Below the pieces are notes generated by a model that did not search any database, was not told the origin of the DNA, and saw nothing but the letters and a program-made list of their open reading frames with translations. The position numbers and the translations under genes were made by a program. A stretch of DNA of 64,000 nucleotides from an uncultured Clostridia bacterium (GTDB lineage: Bacteria; Bacillota; Clostridia; Oscillospirales; CAG-272). The stretch's first letter is position 1. Each line of letters begins with the position of its first letter. The stretch covers positions 9,894 through 73,893 of the forward strand of contig CANRFY010000001.1 of assembly GCA_947630015.1 (NCBI GenBank). The letters run 5' to 3'. Below, piece after piece: positions 55,221 to 64,000 of this stretch.

Positions 55221-57437
55221 ATGGGTGAAAGACTCGCGCTCACTTCCCGTCTGTGCCGCATAAACAGCGACGTTTGCGCCGACGACGTTATCGTCGCCTT
55301 CGCATACGATCTGCCGCGCGAGGGTTACGGCACCGTCGACGGCTTCGTCGCGGTCACGACGGATCGCGTCTATGTATACGAGGACGACCGTCTGCTCGCC
55401 GATTACAACGCCGCGGATGTGACGGAATACATATTCACAAACGGCGTCGGATGCGTATTTGCCGAATGCGTTGCGGACGGCGTTCACGTCATGCTGTGCC
55501 GCGCGTCGATGTCGCATAAGGATACGATATCGTCGATAATATGGCAGCTTTCGCGCCGCCTCGAGCGCGGCACGTACAGCTACGCGTATGAGGAGGACAC
55601 GGACGTCAAATGCCCCACCTGCGGCCGCAGGTATCCGCCGGGATCGCACGTATGCCCGCACTGCACGGCAAAGAAGGGCTATTTCAAACGGATCTGGGAG
55701 ATCGCAAAGCCGTATAAAATGTTCATATTCTGCTCGGTGCTGCTCTATATCGTTTCCGCCGCGTTGCAGCTGCTGCCCGCATATCTGAACAAGATAATGA
55801 TCGACGACTACATCAAAGCCGAGGGTGCGCTCGAGCTGTCGAAATCGGCCGATTTCATAATCGGATTCGTCGGCGTCGTGCTGTCGCTGCTCGGAGTAAA
55901 CATCATAACGCGCGCCGTCGGTATGCTGCGCGGCGTCACGCTTATCGAGGCAGGCACGCGGATGATGGTATCGCTCCGATCGTTGGTGTTCGGCAAGATT
56001 CAGCAGTTGTCCGTTGCAAAGATATCGAAGCGCACGGCGGGCGAGCTTATGAACCGCGTGACAGACGATACAAACCAGCTTCAAAACTTCATCATGAACG
56101 ATATCGGCGGATTCTTCGAACAGATTCTGATCTTCTTCGCCGTATCGATCATCATAATCCGCTATGACTGGCGGCTCGCCGCGCTCATACTGATTCCGGT
56201 GCCGCTCGTCCTCGTCGCAAACAGGCTGTTCCATCAGTATATGCACCGCATATTCCACCGTCAGTGGGTGATGAATTCGCGCGCGAATACGATACTGCAC
56301 GACATTTTCAGCGGTATCCGCGTCGTCAAGGCGTTCGGTATGGAGCGCCGCGAGATGGAGCGCTACGACAAGGCGACGCTCGACGAATGCAACGCCCAGA
56401 TCAAGGCCGAGACGTTCTTCGCCAAATTCTCGCCTCCGATGAGCTTTCTGATGGGGCTTGGCGAATTCTTCCTTCTGTTCTATGTCGGGACAAAGATATT
56501 GAACAAGGAAATGACGCTCGGCGATATGCAGCTGTTCACGACGTATGTTTCGATCATATACGGGCCATTGCGCTGGCTGTCTAATTTCCCGCGCCGATAT
56601 GAGCGCACGATGACGAGCGTCGTCAAGATATTCGATATCATCGACGAGGACGTCGACGTCGCCGATAAGGACAACGCGCGCGAGCTTGACATTGTAGGCA
56701 AGATCGAATTCGAGGACGTTTCGTTCGGCTACGACAGCGGCAGCAACGTGCTGCACAACATCAATCTTACAGTCGAACCCGGCGATTTCGTCGGCATCGT
56801 CGGACGCTCCGGCGTCGGCAAATCGACGCTCATAAACCTTGTGATGCGCCTCTACGACGTCGACGACGGCACGATCAAGATCGACGGCGTCGATATCCGC
56901 GATATTTCACAGTCTTCCCTGCGCTCGCAGATAGGCGTCGTGCTTCAGGAGACGTTCCTGTTCTCCGGCACCGTATACGAGAACATCGCATACGCAAAGC
57001 CGTCGGCGACGCGCGACGAGGTACTCGCCGCCGCGAAACTGGCGGGCGCGCATTCGTTCATAATGAAAATGCCCGACGCATACAACACGCGAGTCGGCGA
57101 ACGCGGACATACGCTTTCGGGCGGCGAACGCCAGCGCATAGCGATAGCGCGCGCGCTGCTGCACGATCCGCGGATCCTGATACTCGACGAGGCGACGGCG
57201 TCGCTCGACACCGAGACCGAAAAGCAGATACAGGACGCGCTTCAGATTTTGTCCCGCAACAGAACGACGCTCGCCATCGCGCACCGTCTGTCGACGCTGC
57301 GCAATGCGACGAAGCTCATAGTCCTCGACAAAGGCACCGTCGCCGAGGTCGGCACTCACGACGAGCTGATGCGCCGCCGCGGAATTTATTACGGACTCGT
57401 CATGGCGCAGCGCCAGATGTCAAAAATGAGCCGGTGA
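55221..57437 (+). CDS. ABC exporter (TMD-NBD half transporter) with a roughly 150-aa N-terminal cytoplasmic domain ending in a zinc ribbon
   Basis: GRSGVGKST, LSGGERQR, ILILDEAT. CPTCGRRYPPGSHVCPHC at aa 131-148. Confidence 0.88.
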   Translation: MGERLALTSRLCRINSDVCADDVIVAFAYDLPREGYGTVDGFVAVTTDRVYVYEDDRLLADYNAADVTEYIFTNGVGCVFAECVADGVHVMLCRASMSHKDTISSIIWQLSRRLERGTYSYAYEEDTDVKCPTCGRRYPPGSHVCPHCTAKKGYFKRIWEIAKPYKMFIFCSVLLYIVSAALQLLPAYLNKIMIDDYIKAEGALELSKSADFIIGFVGVVLSLLGVNIITRAVGMLRGVTLIEAGTRMMVSLRSLVFGKIQQLSVAKISKRTAGELMNRVTDDTNQLQNFIMNDIGGFFEQILIFFAVSIIIIRYDWRLAALILIPVPLVLVANRLFHQYMHRIFHRQWVMNSRANTILHDIFSGIRVVKAFGMERREMERYDKATLDECNAQIKAETFFAKFSPPMSFLMGLGEFFLLFYVGTKILNKEMTLGDMQLFTTYVSIIYGPLRWLSNFPRRYERTMTSVVKIFDIIDEDVDVADKDNARELDIVGKIEFEDVSFGYDSGSNVLHNINLTVEPGDFVGIVGRSGVGKSTLINLVMRLYDVDDGTIKIDGVDIRDISQSSLRSQIGVVLQETFLFSGTVYENIAYAKPSATRDEVLAAAKLAGAHSFIMKMPDAYNTRVGERGHTLSGGERQRIAIARALLHDPRILILDEATASLDTETEKQIQDALQILSRNRTTLAIAHRLSTLRNATKLIVLDKGTVAEVGTHDELMRRRGIYYGLVMAQRQMSKMSR

Positions 57438-57459
57438 TGTCGCAAATTATAATAAACCA

Positions 57460-57501
57460 GCGCGGGATGAGCCGATTTGCGGCTCATCCCGCGCCGTTTT
57501 T
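57460..57501 (+). terminator. Intrinsic terminator of the ABC operon
   Basis: 14-bp stem GCGCGGGATGAGCC/GGCTCATCCCGCGC with a 7-nt loop, then CGTTTTTTG. Confidence 0.85.
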
Positions 57502-57564
57502 GTCCATATGCGCGCGAATTTGCGGGCGCGCGTCTAAAAAGTTGCCCCATAATCGTCCGAAACC

Positions 57565-57593
57565 TTGATTTTCGCACGGATAGATGATATACT
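57565..57593 (+). promoter_or_regulatory. Sigma-A-type promoter of the aminotransferase-trpS unit
   Basis: TTGATT-N17-TATACT, about 40 nt upstream of the ATG at 57636. Confidence 0.6.
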
Positions 57594-57635
57594 TGTCCTA
57601 TACGGTTTTGCGAATTTTTTGTAAGGAGAATATGC

Positions 57636-58826
57636 ATGGAATACAGAATTTCAGATAAAATGCGGAGCCTCAAGCCGTCCGCGATACGTGAAATATTCAA
57701 AAGCCTTTCCGATCCGTCGATAATATCGTTCTCCGGCGGCAATCCCGCGCCCGAGACGTTTCCCATCGACGATATCGCCGCGATATCCGCCGACATATAT
57801 GCAAGCGACGGCGCCGCCGCGCTCCAGTACAACATAACGGAGGGATATCCGCCGCTCCGCGGCGCGCTTACGGCCCGTATGCACGATAAATTCGGGATCG
57901 GCGGCAACGACGATTCGCTTATCGTCGTGACGGGCGGCACGCAGGGCATCGAGCTTGCGGCAAAGGTCCTCTGCGACGAGGGCGACGCCGTGATCTGCGA
58001 GGATCCGACTTTCATCGGCGCGCTGAACGCATTCCGCACAATCGGCGCAAAACCGATCGGCGTTCCCGCCGCCGGCGGCATCGATCCAGACGCGCTCGAA
58101 GCCGCCATCATCGCGCATCCCGAGGCGAAGATGGTTTATCTGATCCCCAACTTCCACAATCCTATGGGAACGACGATGTCGATGGAAAAACGCACCGCCG
58201 TCTACGACGTCTGCCGCCGTCACGGCATGATCATATTCGAGGATAATCCCTACGGCGAGCTGCGGTTTGCGGGCGAGGACGTCCCGTCAATAAAATCGAT
58301 CGACCGCGACGGGATTGTCATCTACTGCTCGACGTTTTCAAAGATACTCTCCGCCGGAATGCGCGTCGGCTACGTCTGCGCGCCGTCCGAGCTTACGCAG
58401 AAAATGGTCGTCGCCAAGCAGGTCGAGGACGTCCACACGAACACGTTTTTCCAGATGGTTTGCTATCGCTATATGACCGAGCGCGACATGGACGCCCATA
58501 TCCGCGATATACGCGAGATTTACCGTCATAAATGCTCGCTCATGCTGTCGTGCCTTGACGAGATGATGCCGCGCTGCGTATCGTATACGCGTCCGGAGGG
58601 CGGTCTTTTCATCTGGTGTACGCTGCCGGACAACATCCCCTGCGACGGCGTCGTAAAGGCGGCGCTCGAACGCAAGGTCGCCGTCGTCCCCGGCACGGCG
58701 TTCAACTGCGACGAAAGCGCGCCGTCCCCGTCGTTCCGTCTCAATTATTCGATGCCGTCCGACGAGCAGATCAAGCTCGGCGTCGCGGCGCTCGCCGACG
58801 CCGTTCGCGCGGAGCTGAAGCTTTAA
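57636..58826 (+). CDS. PLP-dependent aminotransferase, class I/II (aminoadipate/aromatic aminotransferase-like)
   Basis: STFSKILSAGMRVGY PLP-lysine motif, 396 aa, RBS AAGGAG. Confidence 0.8.
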   Translation: MEYRISDKMRSLKPSAIREIFKSLSDPSIISFSGGNPAPETFPIDDIAAISADIYASDGAAALQYNITEGYPPLRGALTARMHDKFGIGGNDDSLIVVTGGTQGIELAAKVLCDEGDAVICEDPTFIGALNAFRTIGAKPIGVPAAGGIDPDALEAAIIAHPEAKMVYLIPNFHNPMGTTMSMEKRTAVYDVCRRHGMIIFEDNPYGELRFAGEDVPSIKSIDRDGIVIYCSTFSKILSAGMRVGYVCAPSELTQKMVVAKQVEDVHTNTFFQMVCYRYMTERDMDAHIRDIREIYRHKCSLMLSCLDEMMPRCVSYTRPEGGLFIWCTLPDNIPCDGVVKAALERKVAVVPGTAFNCDESAPSPSFRLNYSMPSDEQIKLGVAALADAVRAELKL

Positions 58827-58838
58827 AGGAGTATTCTC

Positions 58839-59849
58839 ATGGCTGTGGAAACTGAAGCAAAGAAAAAAGTCGCCCTCTCGGGCATTCAGCCGAGCGGCAA
58901 TTTGACGATCGGCAATTATCTCGGCGCGCTGTCCAATTTCGGGCCGTTCACCGACGAATTCGACTGCTACTACTGCGTCGCGAATCTCCATTCGATTACG
59001 GTGCGTCAGGTGCCGGCCGAATTGCGCCGCCGCACATATGAGGTGCTTGCGCTCTATATCGCGTGCGGACTCGATCCCGAAAAATGCACGCTGTTCGTCC
59101 AGAGCCACGTTCACGAACACGCGGAGCTTTCATGGATGCTGTCGTGCTTCACCATGTTCGGTGAGCTGTCGCGGATGACGCAGTTCAAGGACAAAAGCGC
59201 GAAGCACGCCGACAATATCAACGCGGGACTGTTCACGTATCCCGTGCTGATGGCGGCCGATATCCTTCTCTATCAGACCGACGTCGTACCGATCGGTCAG
59301 GATCAGAAGCAGCATCTTGAACTGGCGCGCAATATCGCCGAACGCTTCAACGGCGTATTTTCGCCTACGTTCACGGTGCCGGAGCCGTATATACCGAAGG
59401 TCGGCGCGAATATAATGTCGCTGGCGGAGCCGACGAAAAAGATGAGCAAATCAGACCCGAACGAGAACGCTGTCGTGCGCATACTCGATCCGCGAGACGT
59501 AATAATCAAAAAATTCAAGCGCGCTGTGACAGATTCCGACTCCTGCATCAGCTATAATAACGGCAGCGACGGCGTGCGCAACCTTATGACGATATATTCC
59601 TGCTTCACTCACAAGAGCTACGACGAGATCGAACGCGAATTCGACGGACGCGGCTACGGCGAATTCAAGGCCGCGGTCGGCGAGGCGTGCGCCGACGGAC
59701 TCTCCGGCGTTCAGGCTCGGTTTGCCGAGCTTATGGCGGACAAGGCGTATCTCGAATCCGTGATGAAGAACGGCGCTGTTAAAGCGTCGCATACGGCGTC
59801 AAAGACGATATCGAAGGTTGCGCGCAAGCTCGGATTCGTACAAACCTAA
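58839..59849 (+). CDS. trpS: Tryptophan--tRNA ligase
   Basis: SGIQPSGNLTIGNYLGA and KMSKS motifs, 336 aa. Confidence 0.92.
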   Translation: MAVETEAKKKVALSGIQPSGNLTIGNYLGALSNFGPFTDEFDCYYCVANLHSITVRQVPAELRRRTYEVLALYIACGLDPEKCTLFVQSHVHEHAELSWMLSCFTMFGELSRMTQFKDKSAKHADNINAGLFTYPVLMAADILLYQTDVVPIGQDQKQHLELARNIAERFNGVFSPTFTVPEPYIPKVGANIMSLAEPTKKMSKSDPNENAVVRILDPRDVIIKKFKRAVTDSDSCISYNNGSDGVRNLMTIYSCFTHKSYDEIEREFDGRGYGEFKAAVGEACADGLSGVQARFAELMADKAYLESVMKNGAVKASHTASKTISKVARKLGFVQT

Positions 59850-59870
59850 CGCAAATCACGGGAGCTTATC

Positions 59871-61064
59871 ATGCTCGAACCTACAATCGTTTACGGCGTT
59901 GCAGCCGTCTTCTGCGCATTTTTGCTGACGTATCTGTTGACGCCGGCAGTCCGCGCTCTGTCGTTTAAGATCGGAGCCATCGACGTCCCGCACGACGACA
60001 GACGTATGCACGACAGACCGATCCCGCAGGCCGGCGGCCTCGCCGTGTTCATCAGTTTCATCATCACGACGTTCGTGTTTTCCCCGCTCACATCCGAGAT
60101 GATCGCGATCTGGACTGGCGGCGCGATATTGATCGTCGTCGGCGTGCTGGATGATATCTACGATCTGAACGCATGGATAAAGCTTGTCGTCCAGATCGCG
60201 GCGGCAGTCACCGTGATCCTTCAGGGCGTTATCATCGACGGCATCTACCTTTTTGACAGGTACATCGACTTCGGCATATTCGCGTATCCGTTGACGGTAC
60301 TTTGGATAGTGGTGCTTGTCAACGCGTTCAATCTGATTGACGGCCTCGACGGCCTTTCGTCAGGAATGTGCGCGATCTCGTGCATCACGCTCATATGCGT
60401 CGCGCTCATGTACGGCAATTGGACGCAGGCGCTGATCGCCGCCGTTTTGTTCGGGACGTGCTGCGGCTTTCTCCCCTACAATTTCCATCCCGCGCGCATT
60501 TTCATCGGCGACACGGGCGCGTATTTTCTCGGATTCGTGCTGGCGGTCATTTCGATCGAGGGCGTATTCAAGATCAGCGCCGTCATATCGTTTCTGCTGC
60601 CGGTGATGATATTCGCGCTCCCGCTGCTCGACGTTGTGCTGTCGTTCTTCCGCAGGATAATCAGCGGCAAAGCGCCGTTTTCATCAGATAAAAAGCATCT
60701 TCATCACCGGCTGATCGCACTCGGACTGTCCCAGCGCCACGCCGTGCTTGTAATGTACGCCGTGAGCGGACTGTTCGGCCTGATCGCCATCATCTACACC
60801 GATCGCGTTATAGTCGGCGAACGCATAATCAAGGCCATCGTGCTGTTCGCCGCCGTCGCCGTGATCTGCATAATCGATTATATTCTGCTCCAGCGCCACG
60901 AGGGCGTCGCGTCGCAGCTCAACGAGCAATTGACGCGCGGAGCAGATAAGGACGCCGGAGGCGTCGCCGGCAGCGGAGAGGGCGAGAATGGTACATCGTC
61001 CGATCCGAATACAGAGGGCGGCGGTCCCGATCAGGACGGAGGTTCCGAATGTTCAAATTCGTAA
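59871..61064 (+). CDS. Polyprenyl-phosphate N-acetylhexosamine-1-phosphate transferase (WecA/TagO, GT4/MraY family) with a Gly/Asp/Glu-rich C-terminal tail
   Basis: NAFNLIDGLDGL motif and about 10 TM helices. Confidence 0.85.
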   Translation: MLEPTIVYGVAAVFCAFLLTYLLTPAVRALSFKIGAIDVPHDDRRMHDRPIPQAGGLAVFISFIITTFVFSPLTSEMIAIWTGGAILIVVGVLDDIYDLNAWIKLVVQIAAAVTVILQGVIIDGIYLFDRYIDFGIFAYPLTVLWIVVLVNAFNLIDGLDGLSSGMCAISCITLICVALMYGNWTQALIAAVLFGTCCGFLPYNFHPARIFIGDTGAYFLGFVLAVISIEGVFKISAVISFLLPVMIFALPLLDVVLSFFRRIISGKAPFSSDKKHLHHRLIALGLSQRHAVLVMYAVSGLFGLIAIIYTDRVIVGERIIKAIVLFAAVAVICIIDYILLQRHEGVASQLNEQLTRGADKDAGGVAGSGEGENGTSSDPNTEGGGPDQDGGSECSNS

Positions 61065-61393
61065 AAGTATGGACTAAAAGCAAAAACGCGGACAGTCCGC
61101 GATACAGACGCGATTTCGCGCGCGAGCTTGACGGGATGTCGATCAAATATGTGACCGAACGCCACGGCGACAACGACGACGTGATCGGACGCGGCGGCGC
61201 GCTGATCGTCAAGCCCGACGAGGATCAATTTCTCGTCTACTCCGGCTCCGAGGTGCTGTTCAGATGCAATATTCCCGATCTGAAGGCGTGGCAGCTTTTG
61301 TCCGGCGACGGCGTGACGCTGACGGGTCCCGACATCGAGCACGGAGGCGTCGAGCGCACCATCATCGCGTTTTACACGTATTACAGGAAATAA
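61049..61393 (+). CDS. Hypothetical small protein, possibly a bacterial PH-like fold
   Basis: 114 aa. RBS GGAGG lies inside the end of the preceding gene. No diagnostic motif. Confidence 0.45.
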   Translation: MFKFVKVWTKSKNADSPRYRRDFARELDGMSIKYVTERHGDNDDVIGRGGALIVKPDEDQFLVYSGSEVLFRCNIPDLKAWQLLSGDGVTLTGPDIEHGGVERTIIAFYTYYRK

Positions 61394-61399
61394 AACTGC

Positions 61400-62263
61400 A
61401 TGAAAAAGCCAAAGATCAAATATATCGCGCTTATCGTCGCGGCTGTCGTGATCATATCCGCGGCGGCGCTGATAATAAACAAGCATTTCATTTTTATTGC
61501 GGGCGAATACATCGGCGTCAACTGCGATAAGATCGAGCTTGCCGGCGTGTCGCCCGACGGCGTCGAGCGCCGCACGCTTGACGAGCTGCGCGCCGACAGC
61601 CGCGTGACGTTCGACGAATGCATGATGCTCGTCAATACCGAGTATGTTTTGAAGGACGATTTCACGCCGGCGATATCGGAATATAACGATACGGGCGTTT
61701 TTATGAACGACTGCATGAAGGACGCGTATGCGTCGCTGTCCTCCGCCGTTTCGGACAAATTCGGCGTGCGTCTGCTCGTATCGAGCGATTACAGGACCGC
61801 CGAAGAACAGGCGGACGAATATGACGAGGCTCCCGCCGTGGCGACAGTCCCGGGCGCGAGCGAGCATCAGACGGGACTCGCGCTCGACATTTACGTTCCG
61901 TACTACGCGAGCTACGGATTTATCAAGACGGACGCGGGACAATTCGTCAACCGCGAATGCTGGAAATACGGCTTCATCATACGCTACCCCGTTTACGGCA
62001 AATCGTCGACGGGGATCCCCTATGAGCCGTGGCACATCAGATACGTCGGCGAACCGCACGCAAAGATCATCTACAATAACCGCGTCACGCTCGAGGAATA
62101 TATAAAGTCGCTCGAGATCGGCAAATGGTACGACGTCGACGGGTACATGATCTCGCGTCAGACGCTCGACGGGGACGCGGGACTTGATCTGCCGGACGAT
62201 TTTGCGAGCGCCGTCATATCGCCGGACAATACGGGATGCTGCATTATAACGGTTAAAAAATAA
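61400..62263 (+). CDS. VanY/M15B-family D-alanyl-D-alanine carboxypeptidase, membrane anchored
   Basis: SEHQTGLALD and EPWHIRYVG motifs, N-terminal TM. Confidence 0.85.
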   Translation: MKKPKIKYIALIVAAVVIISAAALIINKHFIFIAGEYIGVNCDKIELAGVSPDGVERRTLDELRADSRVTFDECMMLVNTEYVLKDDFTPAISEYNDTGVFMNDCMKDAYASLSSAVSDKFGVRLLVSSDYRTAEEQADEYDEAPAVATVPGASEHQTGLALDIYVPYYASYGFIKTDAGQFVNRECWKYGFIIRYPVYGKSSTGIPYEPWHIRYVGEPHAKIIYNNRVTLEEYIKSLEIGKWYDVDGYMISRQTLDGDAGLDLPDDFASAVISPDNTGCCIITVKK

Positions 62264-62268
62264 AGATA

Positions 62269-62299
62269 ACGGGTGAGGATTCAGAGGAATCTCACCCGT
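62269..62299. terminator. Hairpin between convergent genes
   Basis: ACGGGTGAG(G)ATT / AATCTCACCCGT stem with one bulge, followed by TTCATTTT. Confidence 0.6.
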
Positions 62300-62327
62300 T
62301 TCATTTTCCGATCAAAGTCCCGATCAG

Positions 62328-63179
62328 TTATATTCCCGTCATGTTTAATGCGTTTCTGTACATGGCAGGCACAGACGGCATTTTACTTGTAAATATGTGC
62401 GCCAAACGCAGAATGGCGAGTACATATATAAAATCATGTGTATAAAGTCCCGAATATTCCCTTTTGAATCCGCCGCGCTCGATCTTCTCACTTTCATCAA
62501 GCAGCTGCACGTGTCGAAGCCGAGCGGCCGCCTCCGCCGTCTCATCCTCCGTCAGCCCCGAAGCCTCTGCAAGCTCGGAAAGCGAAACAAACGCCGTTTC
62601 CCCGCCCGATATCAGTCGTTGATAAATCGCCTTCAGCACGCGGCGGCAGTTTCTGTTTCCGAGTACGGACAGCGCCTCTCCCGCCATGTCCGCGTCAAAC
62701 AGAAGCGCGGATTGCTCGCCGCCATAGCTTCGGTCGATAAACGTAAAATCGTCGGAGACGAACACCGCGCCGTGTTCGGGATTTCCCTCGTCGATCATAT
62801 ATCCGCACTTTGATCTGCCGACGGCGAATTCTTTTTTCAGCTCACGCACTTTTTCGGATATGAGCGCGTCAATGTCAGGCGCTTTTTTGCCGTAAAAATC
62901 ATAGAGCGCCTTTACATAAAACGACAATACACCATCACAGCACAGCTCGGGCAGCTCCGTATAGCGCACCGCTTTCGATTTGCCCGCATCTTCCGCGAAC
63001 AGCGCGTTTATGTCGACGCCGAGCGACGCGGCAAGCTGCGGCAGTATCGCGACGTCGGGACTCGATATGCTGTTCTCCCACTTCGACACCGTCTGCCCCG
63101 TGACGCCGAGCCGCTCCGCGAGCTGCTCCTGTGTCAGCCCGTTCGCTTTTCTGTAAAATGCAATATTTTGATTTAACAT
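62328..63179 (-). CDS. XRE-family HTH transcriptional regulator with a C-terminal domain of unknown function
   Basis: NIAFYRKANGLTQEQLAERLGVTGQTVSKWEN HTH. ATG at 63179 follows RBS GGGAGG; the ORF-track start at 63272 is too long. Confidence 0.8.
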   Translation of the reverse strand: MLNQNIAFYRKANGLTQEQLAERLGVTGQTVSKWENSISSPDVAILPQLAASLGVDINALFAEDAGKSKAVRYTELPELCCDGVLSFYVKALYDFYGKKAPDIDALISEKVRELKKEFAVGRSKCGYMIDEGNPEHGAVFVSDDFTFIDRSYGGEQSALLFDADMAGEALSVLGNRNCRRVLKAIYQRLISGGETAFVSLSELAEASGLTEDETAEAAARLRHVQLLDESEKIERGGFKREYSGLYTHDFIYVLAILRLAHIFTSKMPSVPAMYRNALNMTGI

Positions 63180-63354
63180 ATTCCGAACCTCCCTTCCGTT
63201 CGATATTATTGTAGCATATCCGAAAACGATAATAAAGATACCGTTTTTCGATTTGCTTAAAATAATATTCAACGTGCGGTTGGGAAGTCAGCGGCATCGG
63301 TGGTTCATTATATCCGAAATAGCGGAAAGCGGGGACATACCGGCAAGCGAACGA

Positions 63355-63771
63355 TCACATATTCGCGGGGCCGAATCCGTGCGGCAAAAGCTCGCCGAGC
63401 GTATAAACGGAATATTCGTCGGGCGTGCCGAGTATTATTTTAAAATCGGGGCGACAGAACTCCGCCATAACCTGACGGCACACGCCGCACGGCGGGCATT
63501 CGCCATGCAGCTCGCCCCTCGCGACGTCGTCCGCCCTGCCGCCTACTATCGCGATCGCGGAAAAGCTGCGCTCCCCGTCCCTGACCGCATCGAATATTGC
63601 GACGCGTTCCGCGCATACCGTCGCGGGGTATGACGCGTTTTCGATATTGCAGCCCGTATAGACTTTTCCGTCTGCGGTCAAAAGCGCCGCGCCGACGTGG
63701 AAATGCGAATACGGCGCATAAGCGCGCCTCGCCGCGTCGAGCGCATATTCCAAAAGCTCGCGTTCGGTCAT
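63355..63771 (-). CDS. cdd: Cytidine deaminase
   Basis: CAERVAIF and CPPCGVCRQ zinc motifs. ATG at 63771 preferred. Confidence 0.9.
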   Translation of the reverse strand: MTERELLEYALDAARRAYAPYSHFHVGAALLTADGKVYTGCNIENASYPATVCAERVAIFDAVRDGERSFSAIAIVGGRADDVARGELHGECPPCGVCRQVMAEFCRPDFKIILGTPDEYSVYTLGELLPHGFGPANM

Positions 63772-63773
63772 GA

Positions 63774-64000
63774 TCACGCGCGATCCGCCGCCGCGACGCC
63801 GAGCGCGATCTTCATCATCGTCGTGAACGAACTCTGCCGCTCCTCGACCGTCGTATCCTCGCCCGTGACAAGATGATCCGATATCGTGCATATCGCGAGC
63901 GCGTGCTTCCCCGCGCGCGCCGCGTTCATGTAGAGCGCCGCCGCCTCCATTTCGACCGCAAGCACTCCCATTTTCGCCCAGTCGAGCGAGTTTTCGACGT
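63774..64000 (-). CDS. deoD: Purine nucleoside phosphorylase DeoD-type, C-terminal part; the gene continues beyond the window
   Basis: [11 protein letters not shown] and ICTISDH motifs. The frame is open to the window edge. Confidence 0.8.
   Translation of the reverse strand, partial: VENSLDWAKMGVLAVEMEAAALYMNAARAGKHALAICTISDHLVTGEDTTVEERQSSFTTMMKIALGVAAADRA

Overview
This is a 64-kb chromosomal segment that looks like a GC-rich, spore-forming Clostridia-type Firmicute. The signs are spoIIID, lgt, an ECF S-component, AGGAGG-type ribosome-binding sites, TTGACA-N17-TATAAT promoters and AT-rich intergenic DNA. I call about 58 protein-coding genes. There are 4 tRNAs: a Gly-TCC/Arg-TCT/His-GTG cluster and a single Leu-TAG. 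I also call a set of intrinsic terminators and five near-consensus sigma-A-type promoters. I saw no CRISPR array, transposase, integrase, phage module or recognisable defence gene.

Most content is housekeeping: lgt, folD, galE, galM, murA, trmK-nif3, rnhA, coaX, spoIIID, glnS, gltX, trpS, cdd, deoD and a wecA/tagO-like gene. Carbohydrate-active genes are interspersed: a GH94-like fragment, a 1033-aa glycosidase next to a QxxRW processive GT2 synthase, and a clan GH-A hydrolase.

The parts that deserve a second look are:
- A roughly 410-bp AT-rich array of six GC-stem hairpins with compensatory stem substitutions, embedded in nested 65/134-nt direct repeats (51570-51980). It lies in the divergent spacer between a MoxR operon and an ABC operon.
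- An ABC - small soluble protein (DUF1854-like) - ABC operon. Both exporters carry N-terminal cytoplasmic domains ending in a zinc ribbon.
- An mmdADCB-like Na+-pumping decarboxylase cluster with a divergent carboxyltransferase, an extra 5S/OadA-type carboxyltransferase and a structured 5' leader.
- A 554-aa soluble sigma-70/ECF-like factor fused to a large C-terminal domain.
- A BlaI-family repressor with no BlaR sensor, whose stop codon directly abuts the start codon of a nuclease-like/wHTH protein.

All family assignments come from motif recognition by eye. No database search, folding program or alignment was run, so family names other than the classic housekeeping ones are provisional.
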